Below, one piece after another: positions 40,063-50,440 of a stretch of 64,000 nucleotides of DNA. The notes beneath the pieces are model-generated. The model was not told where the DNA came from and did not search any database. It saw nothing but the letters and a program-made list of their open reading frames with translations. A program made the position numbers and the translations under genes. The DNA comes from an uncultured delta proteobacterium. GTDB taxonomy: Bacteria > Desulfobacterota > Desulfobacteria > Desulfobacterales > Desulfosalsimonadaceae. The DNA is taken from contig CAWGYD010000008.1 of NCBI GenBank assembly GCA_963826785.1, forward strand, positions 224,001 to 288,000, in the 5' to 3' direction. Positions within the stretch are counted from its first letter, which is position 1, and every line of letters begins with the position of its first letter.

Positions 40063-42698
40063 TCCCCCACATGAGGCAGCACCGACAGAATTTCCGTCTT
40101 GATCTGCTCCACCTGTTCCGGGTCGGTGATTTTTTCATCGGATTCATCCCGGACATAGAATACATCCACCACCTGGTCGAGCTTGGTGGCGATTTTAGCC
40201 ACCCGGATATTGAGTCCGCACCGGCTGATGGCATCGGTAATCCTGTGAAGCAGCCCGGGAAAATCATATGCGAACACCTCGACAATGGTGAAAAAGCTCG
40301 ACATGTCATTATCCACCTTCACCCGGTTGGGCCGGGTGGATACATGGGGTTCGATGTGCCGGCCCGGCAGCACCTTCCGGGAAAGGGCCTCGGACAAATC
40401 CAGGTTTCCGGCAAGTGCGTCGTGGAGGTTTTTTTCCGCCCGCACCCAGCGCTCGGCCTCGAATATCTGGTCCGGCGGCGGCTCCACTTTGAAAATATCC
40501 AAAGCGATCTGGTTTCGCCAGGTGTAGACCTGAACATCTAAAATGTTGATGCTGTTTAAGGTAAACACCCCGGCAATGCGGGAGAACAGCCCGGGCCGGT
40601 CCTTGGCGCAGATGACCACGGTCCGGGTGTTGAGTTCCGGGTCCGGATGAACCTTCCACACGAACGGGGCGTCGCCCATGTTCTGGTAGAGGTTGATATG
40701 GGCGATGATGTCATCGGCATCGGTGTAGAGCAGATACCGGGGAGACATCTGGGATAAAAGATTTTGAAGCCCGCTTCCATTGAAGGCCACATCCTTCATG
40801 CCGACCACATAATCGGTTTTCTTCTCGATCAGCCGAACCGCTGCCGATGAGGCCAGTTCGCCGCTTTCCAGAATGCTCATCACCTTTAAAAACAAATCCC
40901 GCATCAGGGCTGCGGTCCAGTCGTTCCAGGCCTTTGGACCGGTGGCGACCGAGTCGGCGACAGTGAGGAGATAGAGCATTTTCAGGCGGTTTTCATCCTG
41001 GATCCGCCTGGCACACATGATGGCGGTCTCCTCATCGTTTAGATCCCGACGGGTGGCCGTCTTGGCCAGGAGCAGGTGATTTTCGATCAGAAAAGACACG
41101 GTCTCGATATCCCGCTGGGCATACCCGTTGCGCTCCAGCACGGTCTGGGCGATTTTCGCCCCGGCATCCGAATGTTTTCCACCGGGAAGCCCCTTGCCCA
41201 GGTCGTGCATCAGGGCGGCCAGCATGAGGGGCTTTTTCCGTTTCAGGCGCCGGTAAAGGTCCCCGCAGAGGACATCCCGGCAGGGGTCCTGAAACGTGCC
41301 GAAACTCTTAATGATGTACACCGTTTTGAGCATATGCCGATCCACCGGGAACAGGTGGTAGGCGTCATACTGGATGCGGTCCACCACGGTTTCATATTCC
41401 GGGATCAGGCGGACCAGGAATCCGGAGATGAGCATCTGCTCCAGCACATTGAAGGTGGGCGCCGGAGCCATGAGAATATTTTCGAACAGGGACCGGGCTT
41501 CCGGATCGGCCAGATACCTTTCGCCGGCCAGATATCCGAACTCCCGGACCAGTCGGAGCGATTCCCGGCTCAAGGGGATCTTGAGCTCCGCGCTGACTTC
41601 AAAAATTCGGATCAGCAGCGTGGGATCATCCAGAATGGATTCGGGTGAATCGAAATTGAGCCGGCCCTCGGCCAGGTGAATTCCTTTTATCTGCTTCACC
41701 TTGCGGATGTTGTGCTTCCATTTGCCCGCCTGCTCATAGCCGAGCTCATATAAAAACAGGAGCAGCTGCTGTTTGATATGCGCCATATGGGCGTGCAGTT
41801 CACTCAGGAACCGCTCCACCGCGGACTGACCCTTTTCCGGCGAAAATCCCATGGCCCGGGCCAACCGATGCTGGTACTCGAAATAGAGCTGATCGCACTT
41901 GCGGGCAGCGATCAGATGAAGCTGATTGCGCACCGTCCAAATAAAGGACAGGGCCGTGCTCAGGTCGTTGTATTCGGCATGGGAAAGGCATCCCAGGTAT
42001 TCCAGGTCCCGTGTTTCTTTCAGTCCGAACCGGATATCCGCCACCCAGCGCATGGTGTGATAGTCCCGCAGCCCGCCGTTTCCTTCCTTCAGGTTCGGCT
42101 CCAGGAGAAAGGTGGAATCGCCGAAATCCTGGTGCCGCTGACGGTTGCGGTCCACCAGCCACTTGATGACCTTTTTTGATTTTCGGTGGATGATCCGGCG
42201 CTCGATCTGGTCCATCAGCTGGGTGTAAACGGATGAAATACCGCAGATGAACCGGGCGTCTAAAATAGAGGTGAAGACTTCATAGTCTTCCTGGGCGATT
42301 TTGAGGCATTCGCCGATGGAGCGGGTGGCATGGCCCACTTCCATGCGGATATCCCACAAGGGGTAAATGATTTCCCGGATCAGTTCGTCGGCTTCCCTGG
42401 GCACCCGATCCTGGAACAGGATCAATAGATCCACATCCGAATGGTAGCACTGCTCGGACCGGCCGTATCCCCCCAGGGCGATGATGGCATAGGGGTTCTT
42501 GATGATGTTCATGCGGGGGCCGATGTTGCTCGACTCGAAGCTGTTGCGGATATATTCGTCAATATAATGAGCGTAAGCCTTGAGCACCGAAGGGGTGTCC
42601 GCCGGATCATGATCGGAAAAGAGCGCTTCGCGCTTTTTCAGCAGATCCTTTGCAAATCCCGCCTGATTTTTTTCAATTGACTGATTCAACACATTCAT
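40029..42698 (-). CDS. glnD: [Protein-PII] uridylyltransferase / uridylyl-removing enzyme
   Basis: ALGGYGR..SDVDL, EPNLKEG.GGLRD, HD domain (HDLGKG), two ACT domains (DRPGLF, DFPGLL). Confidence 0.96.
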   Translation of the reverse strand: MNVLNQSIEKNQAGFAKDLLKKREALFSDHDPADTPSVLKAYAHYIDEYIRNSFESSNIGPRMNIIKNPYAIIALGGYGRSEQCYHSDVDLLILFQDRVPREADELIREIIYPLWDIRMEVGHATRSIGECLKIAQEDYEVFTSILDARFICGISSVYTQLMDQIERRIIHRKSKKVIKWLVDRNRQRHQDFGDSTFLLEPNLKEGNGGLRDYHTMRWVADIRFGLKETRDLEYLGCLSHAEYNDLSTALSFIWTVRNQLHLIAARKCDQLYFEYQHRLARAMGFSPEKGQSAVERFLSELHAHMAHIKQQLLLFLYELGYEQAGKWKHNIRKVKQIKGIHLAEGRLNFDSPESILDDPTLLIRIFEVSAELKIPLSRESLRLVREFGYLAGERYLADPEARSLFENILMAPAPTFNVLEQMLISGFLVRLIPEYETVVDRIQYDAYHLFPVDRHMLKTVYIIKSFGTFQDPCRDVLCGDLYRRLKRKKPLMLAALMHDLGKGLPGGKHSDAGAKIAQTVLERNGYAQRDIETVSFLIENHLLLAKTATRRDLNDEETAIMCARRIQDENRLKMLYLLTVADSVATGPKAWNDWTAALMRDLFLKVMSILESGELASSAAVRLIEKKTDYVVGMKDVAFNGSGLQNLLSQMSPRYLLYTDADDIIAHINLYQNMGDAPFVWKVHPDPELNTRTVVICAKDRPGLFSRIAGVFTLNSINILDVQVYTWRNQIALDIFKVEPPPDQIFEAERWVRAEKNLHDALAGNLDLSEALSRKVLPGRHIEPHVSTRPNRVKVDNDMSSFFTIVEVFAYDFPGLLHRITDAISRCGLNIRVAKIATKLDQVVDVFYVRDESDEKITDPEQVEQIKTEILSVLPHVGEHPPGPPQGGN

Positions 42699-42726
42699 GC
42701 TCCCGTTTTGCGTATGCCTGATTGAA

Positions 42727-42743
42727 TGCAACTGACATGCCAA
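42727..42743 (-). promoter_or_regulatory. Sigma54 (-24/-12) promoter for the glnD-amtB-glnK-glnA cluster
   Basis: Minus strand TTGGCATGTCAGTTGCA matches TGGCAC/T-N5-TTGC, about 30 bp upstream of the ATG. Confidence 0.8.
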
Positions 42744-42812
42744 CATGAAGAAACGCGTCAGACAGCGGATTTACGGACTGCAGCCTTTAGATCGAAAGCG
42801 AAAACAACAATA

Positions 42813-42857
42813 TTGTTTTACAAAATTGTAATTACGAAATACAAATTTGTAAAACAA
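42813..42857. promoter_or_regulatory. Two tandem palindromes TACAA-N2-TTGTA, candidate enhancer (UAS) for a sigma54 activator
   Basis: TTACAAAATTGTAA at 42818-42831 and TACAAATTTGTA at 42840-42851; centres 21 bp apart. Confidence 0.6.
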
Positions 42858-42967
42858 ATTGATTGATGGAATTTTAAAAAGGCTTCAGAACGCGGATGGA
42901 TCAGCCAAGATCGTCGCGCGGTTTGAGGTCAATCCGGAAGCGGCAAAGGGGCCAGATTCGCCCTTTG

Positions 42968-44638
42968 TCACGCCAGAGTGCCGATATCATTTAATACCGG
43001 CAGCAGCTTTGCCCGGCAGGCGGCGGCAAAGTCCTCCGGGTAATGGCCGTTGATCCACCGGAGCTGGGCCTCGCTGAAGGCCCCCGGCGACTCCGGCAGG
43101 CGGGGAAGAAAGGTATAAATGAGCCGCTGGTCCGTATCCAGACTGTCTATGGATCTGGCATATTCAAAAACCGTGACCATTTTTGCCCCCAGGACACCCA
43201 GCACCTTGACGGCCACCAGCATGGCGTAGTCGATGGATCGGCGGACATCGTTGTCGGCTTCCAGGATATGCCCCACCGGGGGAAGCATCATGAGCTGGAT
43301 CTCCCACTGGGAGGTCTGGGCCTTGGGTACAAATAAAATAAGGTTCATATCCTCATAAATGACCAGGCTGCGGTTCTCTTCCCGGCGGTCAAACCGCTGG
43401 TTGCCGAAGATCGCCCGGATGTAGGACTCGAAAAAAGGTTTGGACGCCTGCAGGCGATAGGTGCGGATAAAATCGGCCACCATGTCTCCGCAGGCATAGG
43501 GCGTAAAATCCCCACCGTCCTCCCATCCCCGGGCCTTGACGCCTTCCATGGGGATGCACGCGGGAATCATGGCATACTGCTGGTGAATCTGCTGGTGGGA
43601 AGCGTGCAGCCGGTACCGGGTGGGGGCATAATCGAAACCGAAGTTCCATCCCCACAGGGTGCGGTTGAACTTCAGGTCTTTTCGCTTGGCGCTCATCTGC
43701 AGCGCCTGATTGACCTCGCTGCGCAGTTTTTCGATCTCCGCCCCGGTCATCTGCCGGCGCTGGCAGTTAACTACGATACCGATCTCCTCGGCCACGCGGA
43801 TCACCGTTCGTTGATAATATAGGTGCCGCAGGGCGCGCATGTCCGCCAGCGTCAGGTCGGCGATCCGGTATCGGACCGCATCATGCGCCATGTTGGCGGC
43901 ATAATGCCCCCCCGGAATATAGCTGTTTCGACGTAAATATTCGAAAACATGAGAGGAGCCGCCTCCTTTAGCAAATTCCCCCACAATCTCGCTGCTTCCC
44001 TGGGCCCCGGGAAGCAGAACCATGACAATTTTGTAATCATCCGGAAGACAAGGATTATTGGCCACAATTTCAAACAGCAGATGGTCCCTGATCACCGGGC
44101 CGGCGCTGCCGTCGGCATTGGCCTGATACCGAAGGCCGACCGGCTTTTCACCATCCGCGCCGTAAACAAATTGAGCCGACTGCCGGGCCAGTTGAACCAG
44201 ATCCCGGGGGTCGGTGGAAGTGGCAGCAAGGGCCAGGCGAAGGGGCTTTGGAAGGGTTTCAAAATAATGCGGCGGCACAGATGATGGACGGTTCTCTTTT
44301 TTAATCCATCCGGCCAGTGTGTCGGTGAAAGAGACCGGCTCGGGTGCTGGAATCCGGATGGATTCTGGGTCTTTGGCCTTTTGGTCCGCCCAGGATTTGG
44401 TAATATACGTGACGCCTCTAAAGGGAAACGGGTTACGGATTTCATAGATGGTGTCCGCACCGGTTTCGTCCACGTCCCCCGGCGGGAAATTATCCCGGTT
44501 GTTCACCGATGTTTGGTCTAAATAGCGGCCCAGATCAACTATGAAGTTGTTTTCACGCAGATTTTTCACCCGAAAGCGGGGGCGGTGAGCCCCATATACG
44601 AAATTGCCGGTCGGCGCCACGCAGGTCCTGAGTTTCAT
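42968..44638 (-). CDS. Hypothetical protein with a GalT/HIT-like nucleotidyltransferase C-terminal half
   Basis: ASHQQIHQQ aligns with GalT CSNPHPHGQ; VIYEDMNLILFVPKAQTSQWEIQLM resembles the GalT C-terminal domain. Confidence 0.6.
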   Translation of the reverse strand: MKLRTCVAPTGNFVYGAHRPRFRVKNLRENNFIVDLGRYLDQTSVNNRDNFPPGDVDETGADTIYEIRNPFPFRGVTYITKSWADQKAKDPESIRIPAPEPVSFTDTLAGWIKKENRPSSVPPHYFETLPKPLRLALAATSTDPRDLVQLARQSAQFVYGADGEKPVGLRYQANADGSAGPVIRDHLLFEIVANNPCLPDDYKIVMVLLPGAQGSSEIVGEFAKGGGSSHVFEYLRRNSYIPGGHYAANMAHDAVRYRIADLTLADMRALRHLYYQRTVIRVAEEIGIVVNCQRRQMTGAEIEKLRSEVNQALQMSAKRKDLKFNRTLWGWNFGFDYAPTRYRLHASHQQIHQQYAMIPACIPMEGVKARGWEDGGDFTPYACGDMVADFIRTYRLQASKPFFESYIRAIFGNQRFDRREENRSLVIYEDMNLILFVPKAQTSQWEIQLMMLPPVGHILEADNDVRRSIDYAMLVAVKVLGVLGAKMVTVFEYARSIDSLDTDQRLIYTFLPRLPESPGAFSEAQLRWINGHYPEDFAAACRAKLLPVLNDIGTLA

Positions 44639-44713
44639 GATTATTCCTTTTTATCGGTGTCTGACTCAGGTACTTCTACCACTTCCCTCCGGCGATTTTC
44701 AAGCTGCAATTAT

Positions 44714-45148
44714 TCATAATCCCTTCAAATCGGCCTGAAGATGAGCAACCGAATCGATGGCGCGCTTCTTGTCGCTGTATTGCTCGAGTGCACCGATAAA
44801 CCGGGTGATTTTTTTTTGAACCCCTTCATCGATATCCATGAACTGGCATCCCAGCCCGGTATGACCGGCGTCGTCGAGAATCCATTTGATCTGAATTTCC
44901 GTGTTCACCGGCAGCTTGAATTTCTTCAAGTCATTGATCTCCATAAGGATCAACCGGTTTCCGGATTCAAAGGAGAGATTTTCATTTTTTTTGACATAGC
45001 AGCTCAATCCGCCTGCGCTCAGGTCCAACAGCGTCGACGGAATCACGCTCTGTATGCCGTGAATCGAAAACAGCGCGGCAATACCGTCCCGGGTGGAAAA
45101 CATCACCCGTTTATGTCGCCTTCTTTTCTCAATATCGTTTTCCATCAT
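44714..45148 (-). CDS. PilZ domain (c-di-GMP binding) protein
   Basis: RRRHKR and DLSAGG motifs; GCQF. Confidence 0.85.
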   Translation of the reverse strand: MMENDIEKRRRHKRVMFSTRDGIAALFSIHGIQSVIPSTLLDLSAGGLSCYVKKNENLSFESGNRLILMEINDLKKFKLPVNTEIQIKWILDDAGHTGLGCQFMDIDEGVQKKITRFIGALEQYSDKKRAIDSVAHLQADLKGL

Positions 45149-45683
45149 ATATATCCTCAAGTTTAAAACTGTTATGCGTTGCCGTCCGGCATCCATTCCG
45201 CCGGTACTGTTTCATAAGAATATGAACTCCATTCAGATGAGACAAGCAGCGCCTGACCGATTATGCGGATTCCGATCTGCATGAAAACGCCTCCCCGCGA
45301 CAGCTGAGAAATCGCTTTGAGCATACAAAGGCAAAACAAGCCCTTGTCGGGATGATATCGCCATGAAGGACAATGACATCAGAATCCGCTCCTCACGCGT
45401 TTTCCGAAATTTCATCGCCCAAAAGATCCCCCAGTCGATTCAAGAACAAGATATATAATTGATTTAATATTAGATTGACACAAATGGCCATCATGGTAAT
45501 TATTCTAAACAGGTATTGCCATCCTTTGATACCCGTAAGGCCAAGCAGTCCCGGCAGTGCCGCTTTGGAGCTAAAAAAGAATATTATGTATATGTTGACG
45601 CGCTCTGCGAAATCGGCCAGTATTAAAATTTCGGCTTGAAAGCGCTGCTTTCAGCAACAGAATTCCAAAAAAGGGAGCAAACC

Positions 45684-46496
45684 ATGAAACCTTTAAAAAT
45701 AATAGTGACCGGCGCGCTGATCCTGGCTTTTCTGGCCGCCTGCTCCACAGTTCCCATCACCGGCCGTCAGCAGCTGGACCTGGTGCCTGAATCCACCATG
45801 CTATCCATGAGTTTTCAGCAGTATGACCAGTTTCTTAAGGAACACAAAGTCATAAACAATACCGAGTGTGCAAAAATGGTGCAGCAGGTGGGCCAGAATA
45901 TCGCGCAGGCGGTGGATACCTTTTTTAAACAGCACAACATGGCCGACAAGATCAAAGATTATAAATGGGAATTCCACCTGATCGACAGCGAAGAAGTCAA
46001 CGCCTGGTGCATGCCGGGGGGCAAGGTCGTGGTATACCAGGGGCTCTGCCCTGTGGCAAAGGACGCCAACGGCCTGGCCGTGGTGATGGGGCACGAAATC
46101 GCCCATGCGGTGGCCGGACACGGCGGTGAGCGGATGAGCCAGGGACTGCTGGCCCAGTTCGGGACCGTGGCGTTGGGTGAGGCATTAAAGACCCAGCCGG
46201 CCGCGACCCAGCAGCTCTGGATGACTGCGTTCGGGCTGGGCGCCCAGGTGGGGGTTCTTTTGCCCTACAGCCGTCTCCAGGAATCCGAGGCCGACCGGCT
46301 GGGCCTGATCTTCATGGCCATGGCCGGCTATGACCCCCATGGAGCGGTTGCCTTCTGGGAACGGATGATGGCCAAGAAAGGCGGCGCGTCGGCTCCGGAA
46401 TTTTTGAGCACCCACCCTTCGGATCAGAAGCGGATCGAAAATATCAAGAAACTGATCCCCGAAGCCATGCAGTATTATCATCCTTCTGCCAATTAG
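45684..46496 (+). CDS. M48 family metallopeptidase lipoprotein
   Basis: LAAC lipobox, NAWCMPGGK, HEIAH, ESEAD, LSTHP. Confidence 0.94.
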   Translation: MKPLKIIVTGALILAFLAACSTVPITGRQQLDLVPESTMLSMSFQQYDQFLKEHKVINNTECAKMVQQVGQNIAQAVDTFFKQHNMADKIKDYKWEFHLIDSEEVNAWCMPGGKVVVYQGLCPVAKDANGLAVVMGHEIAHAVAGHGGERMSQGLLAQFGTVALGEALKTQPAATQQLWMTAFGLGAQVGVLLPYSRLQESEADRLGLIFMAMAGYDPHGAVAFWERMMAKKGGASAPEFLSTHPSDQKRIENIKKLIPEAMQYYHPSAN

Positions 46497-46515
46497 AAGG
46501 GAATTTAAGGCTCCA

Positions 46516-46893
46516 ATGCTTCAGAAATTTCTGCTGTTGTCCATCGCCGGCGCTGCGGGGACCCTTTGCCGCTACGGACTGGCCGGTTTCGTCCACCGCC
46601 TGACCGGTGCCGGATTTCCCTGGGGAACCCTGGCGGTGAATATCACCGGATGTTTTCTGGCGGGCGTGGTCTGGACCCTTTTCGAACACCGATGGCCCCT
46701 TTTCGGCCAGGCCCGTGTAATCATCATGGTGGGGTTTATGGGTGCTTTCACCACATTTTCATCGTATATACTGGAAACCGGCGAACTGCTTCGTGCGGCC
46801 GACTGGGCCGCTGCCGCCGGCAATTTTTTTCTGCAGAACGGCATCGGGTTTGCCGCACTCTTTGCCGGCATCACCCTGGCCCGCCTGCTCTGA
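46516..46893 (+). CDS. crcB: Fluoride efflux channel Fluc
   Basis: FPWGTLAVN, GFMGAFTTFSS. Confidence 0.95.
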   Translation: MLQKFLLLSIAGAAGTLCRYGLAGFVHRLTGAGFPWGTLAVNITGCFLAGVVWTLFEHRWPLFGQARVIIMVGFMGAFTTFSSYILETGELLRAADWAAAAGNFFLQNGIGFAALFAGITLARLL

Positions 46894-46907
46894 TCCGGGA
46901 GAATATC

Positions 46908-47270
46908 ATGAAGCTTCCGCATGAATCGATGCTGCTGAGAATTTTCATCGGGGAGAGCGACCGGTCCGAAGGAAGACCCCTCTATGAAGTGATCGTCAAA
47001 AAAGCGCGTGAAACCGGAATGGCCGGCGCCACGGTCATTCGCGGCGTCCTGGGATTCGGCGCCAACAGCCGCATTCATACTTCGAAGATTCTGCGCCTGT
47101 CCGAAGATCTTCCCCTGGTGATCGAAATCGTGGACACCGAAGAAAAAATCGAATCCTTCCTGCCCGAACTCGACGCCCTGATCACGGAAGGCCTGGTCAC
47201 CCTGGAAAAGGCCCGGGTGATGGTTTATCGCCACAATGCGAAGGGATCGGAGGCGAGAAAAACCGATTGA
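46908..47270 (+). CDS. DUF190 family PII-like protein
   Basis: LLRIFIGESD, AGATVIRG..GFG, LSEDLPLVIEIVD; typical crcB partner. Confidence 0.93.
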   Translation: MKLPHESMLLRIFIGESDRSEGRPLYEVIVKKARETGMAGATVIRGVLGFGANSRIHTSKILRLSEDLPLVIEIVDTEEKIESFLPELDALITEGLVTLEKARVMVYRHNAKGSEARKTD

Positions 47271-47501
47271 CCGGCCATCAGGTAATCGTCCACCCAGCCG
47301 GGCCCGCCTGCCGGTGCGACATTTCTGGATACAAATTCATATGCATCTACGACCGGACGGTAGAAATGTATCCGGTACCGCAAATACCCGAACCTCCAAT
47401 ACGAAATACATTCTAACCCCAATTCCATTCAATCCGCTGTTTTTCTATAAACTATAGCTGACTGTTCTATCCGGCAAAAATGCTCCAACGGGAACAACAG
47501 C

Positions 47502-49143
47502 TTGAAAACATTTGTCTTCCTGATTCTGCTGCCCATCGTCTGCATGGGAGGATGCTTTAGGGTCGGTCCGAATTTCAGCTCCCCACGGGTGTCCGTGGAG
47601 GAATCATGGATGGAAATCAGAGATTCGCGTCTGGGTGTGGGAACCCCGAAATACCGGGGCTGGTGGCGGATCTTTGATGACCCCGACCTCACCCTGCTCA
47701 TCAACACGGCTTACCGGGACAATCTGCAGCTGCAGGCCGCCGGGCTTCGGGTGATCGAGGCACAGGCGCAACTCGGCATTGCCGTCGGGCAGTGGTATCC
47801 CCAATCCCAGCAGGCCAGCGGCTCCCTGAAGCAAAACGAGATCGGTTCCGGGGTGGGTTTCGGTGCATTCGGCACCCAGGCCGGGACGTCAGCCGCCGCC
47901 GGCGGTGCGTCAACAACAGCCGGCAGCACGGCTTCGTCCTCCCCGGGAAGCCTCTCCTATGCGGAATCGACCCTGGGGGCGGCCGCCAGCTGGGAAATTG
48001 ATTTCTGGGGCAAATTCCGCCGGGGGATCGATTCGGCACGGCTGAGCCTGCTGGCCTCGGTGGCGGCCTATGATTCGGCCCTGGTCAGCCTCACCGCCCA
48101 GGTGGCCAACACTTACATTTCCATCCGCACGCTGGAAAAACGGCTGCGCATTGCCCGGGAAAATGCGAAAAGCCAGGAGGAAGGGCTGAGGATCGCCCGG
48201 GTCCGGTACCGGGCGGGCGCCACCAGCGAACGCGATGTTTACCAGGCGCTTTCCCAGTTAAAGGCCACCCGGGCGACCATTCCCCAGTTGGAGACCACCC
48301 TTCGCGAGACCCGCAACGCCTTGAGCGTTCTTCTGGGGCGGCCGCCCGCACAGATAAACGGCCTCCTTTCGGAGAAATCCGGGATTCCTTCCGTGCCTTC
48401 GAAGGTGGCGGTGGGGATTCCCATCGATTTGCTGCGCAGGCGCCCCGATATCCGTCAGGCCGAGTATCAGGCGGCTGCACAAGTCAATCAAATCGGCATC
48501 GCCAAAGCGGATTTGTACCCCGCCTTTTCGCTTTCGGGTTCCTTCGAGGTGATCGGAAACAACCTGGGCCCCATCCGGCCTGGGGGATATGTTTTCCTGG
48601 AATCATCGCCTGATCACCTACGGGCCGTCCTTTACCTGGAACTTTTTAAATTACGGTCGTATCGCCAATAATGTCCGGCTGCAGGACGCCCGTTTCCAGG
48701 AACTTCTGGTTTCCTACCGGAGCGCCGTGCTCCAGGCGCAGCAGGAAGTCGAAAACAACCTGGTCGCCTTTCTCAATACCCAGGACCAGGCCGCCCTGCT
48801 GCAGGAGGCGGCGGAGGCGGCGAAACAGTCGCTTGAACTGGCCATGGTGCAGTATAAGGAAGGCGATACCGACTACACCACCGTGCTCACGGCCCAGCAG
48901 GCCCTGCTGTCCCAGCAGGATAGTCTGGCCAGTGCAGAGGGGCAGGTCCCCCAAAGCCTGGTGGGCATATACCGTGCGTTGGGCGGCGGATGGGAGATTC
49001 GCCAGGGAAACGATTTTATCCCTGAAAAGATACGCCAGGAGATGACCCGGCGGACCGACTGGGGCGATCTTCTAAAAGAGCAGCCGGTAAAACCGGCGGC
49101 AGTTGAGGAAACGGGAATTCTGCCCCCGCTGCCCCGATGGTGA
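47502..49143 (+). CDS. RND efflux outer-membrane lipoprotein (NodT/OprM family), frameshifted near 48570-48590
   Basis: GGC lipobox, WW.IFDDP.L, WEIDFWG, DLLRRRPDI, YRALGGGW across two frames. Confidence 0.88.
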
Positions 49144-49189
49144 TGGGGGTTGAAACATGAAAGCCGAAACCACAACCTGAAAGGAACCG

Positions 49190-50374
49190 ATGCCGATGCA
49201 TGCCCCCAGGGCCGCCCCATGGATGAGGTGGGGATTTTTCATCATCCCCCTCTTATGTTCGGCCTTGGCCGGCTGCGGCAAAGGCCAGGAAAACACCGCG
49301 CCGCCGCCAACCCCCAAGGTTACCGTCTCCCATCCGCTGGAGCAGAGCGTGACCGATTACATCGAGGTCCCCGGCACCCTGCAGGCGCGTGGCGAGGTCA
49401 ACCTGATGGCACGGGTGGAAGGATATCTGGAGTCCATCCACTTTGAAGACGGGGCGATCGTACAGGAAGGGGAACTGCTTTTCCTGATCGAACCGGGACC
49501 CTATGAAGCGGATCTGCAGCAGGCCCAGGCCGTCGTGGCCCAGCAAAAGGCGGCCCTGGAGCACGCATTGAAGGAATATGAGCGGCAGCAGCGGATGAAG
49601 AAGAAGAATGCGACATCGGAATCGAATGTCGAACAATGGCGGGCCCAGTATGAACAGGCCAAGGCCGCGCTCAAGGAGGCCGAGGCCAAAGTCGAACTGG
49701 CCCGGATCAACCTGTCCTATACCAAGATCCGAGCCCCCTTCGACGGGCGCATGGAAAGACACCTGGTTGATCCGGGCAACCTGGTGGGTGCCGGCGGCCC
49801 CACCCAGCTGGCCACCATCCACCGGCTCAACCCGATATTTGCCTATTTTAACCTGACGGAGCAGGAAACCATGCGGTTTCTCAACAGGCTGCGGGAAAAT
49901 CGATCAGCGGATCAAAACCAGATCCCCGTGTTTCTGGGGGTGACCGGAGAAACGGGGTATCCTCACCGGGGAGTAGTGGATTACACGTCCACGGTTTTGA
50001 ACCCGGCCACGGGCGCCCTGCAGATGCGCGGCATCCTCGACAATCCGCTGGTCAACCGGTTTCCCGCGCTGCTCCCCGGGATGTATGCCCATGTGCGGAT
50101 TCCGGTATCGGTCGATACGCATGCACTGCTGGTGCCGGATGCCGCCCTGGGGGTGGCCCAGGGAAAGGAGTTCCTTCTGCTGGTCAATGAAAATGACAAG
50201 GTGGAGCAGCGTTTTGTCACCACCGGCAAGAAGGTCGATGATCTGCGGGTGATTAAAAAGGGGATTGGACCGGAAAGCCGGGTGATCGTCACCGGCCTTC
50301 AACAGGCGCATCCCGGTGCGAAGGTGACCCCGCAGATGAAACAGATGAAGGGGGACCATCTCCCTGGAAAGTAA
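49190..50374 (+). CDS. RND efflux periplasmic adaptor subunit
   Basis: LAGC lipobox, ARVEGYL, LSYTKIRAPFDG, LLPGMYA. Confidence 0.92.
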   Translation: MPMHAPRAAPWMRWGFFIIPLLCSALAGCGKGQENTAPPPTPKVTVSHPLEQSVTDYIEVPGTLQARGEVNLMARVEGYLESIHFEDGAIVQEGELLFLIEPGPYEADLQQAQAVVAQQKAALEHALKEYERQQRMKKKNATSESNVEQWRAQYEQAKAALKEAEAKVELARINLSYTKIRAPFDGRMERHLVDPGNLVGAGGPTQLATIHRLNPIFAYFNLTEQETMRFLNRLRENRSADQNQIPVFLGVTGETGYPHRGVVDYTSTVLNPATGALQMRGILDNPLVNRFPALLPGMYAHVRIPVSVDTHALLVPDAALGVAQGKEFLLLVNENDKVEQRFVTTGKKVDDLRVIKKGIGPESRVIVTGLQQAHPGAKVTPQMKQMKGDHLPGK

Positions 50375-50440
50375 GGCCTAACATGAACATACGACCGGGC
50401 AAAGCCCCGCATGCCCGGCCGGGGACTGGAGTAGGCATAA

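Noticed and set aside
42699..42746. Longer glnD start at 42746
   Set aside because: It overlaps the sigma54 promoter; the ATG at 42698 has a GGGAG RBS
45420..46515. Fluoride riboswitch upstream of crcB
   Set aside because: No match to the motif was recognised; crcB begins 19 bp after the M48 peptidase gene
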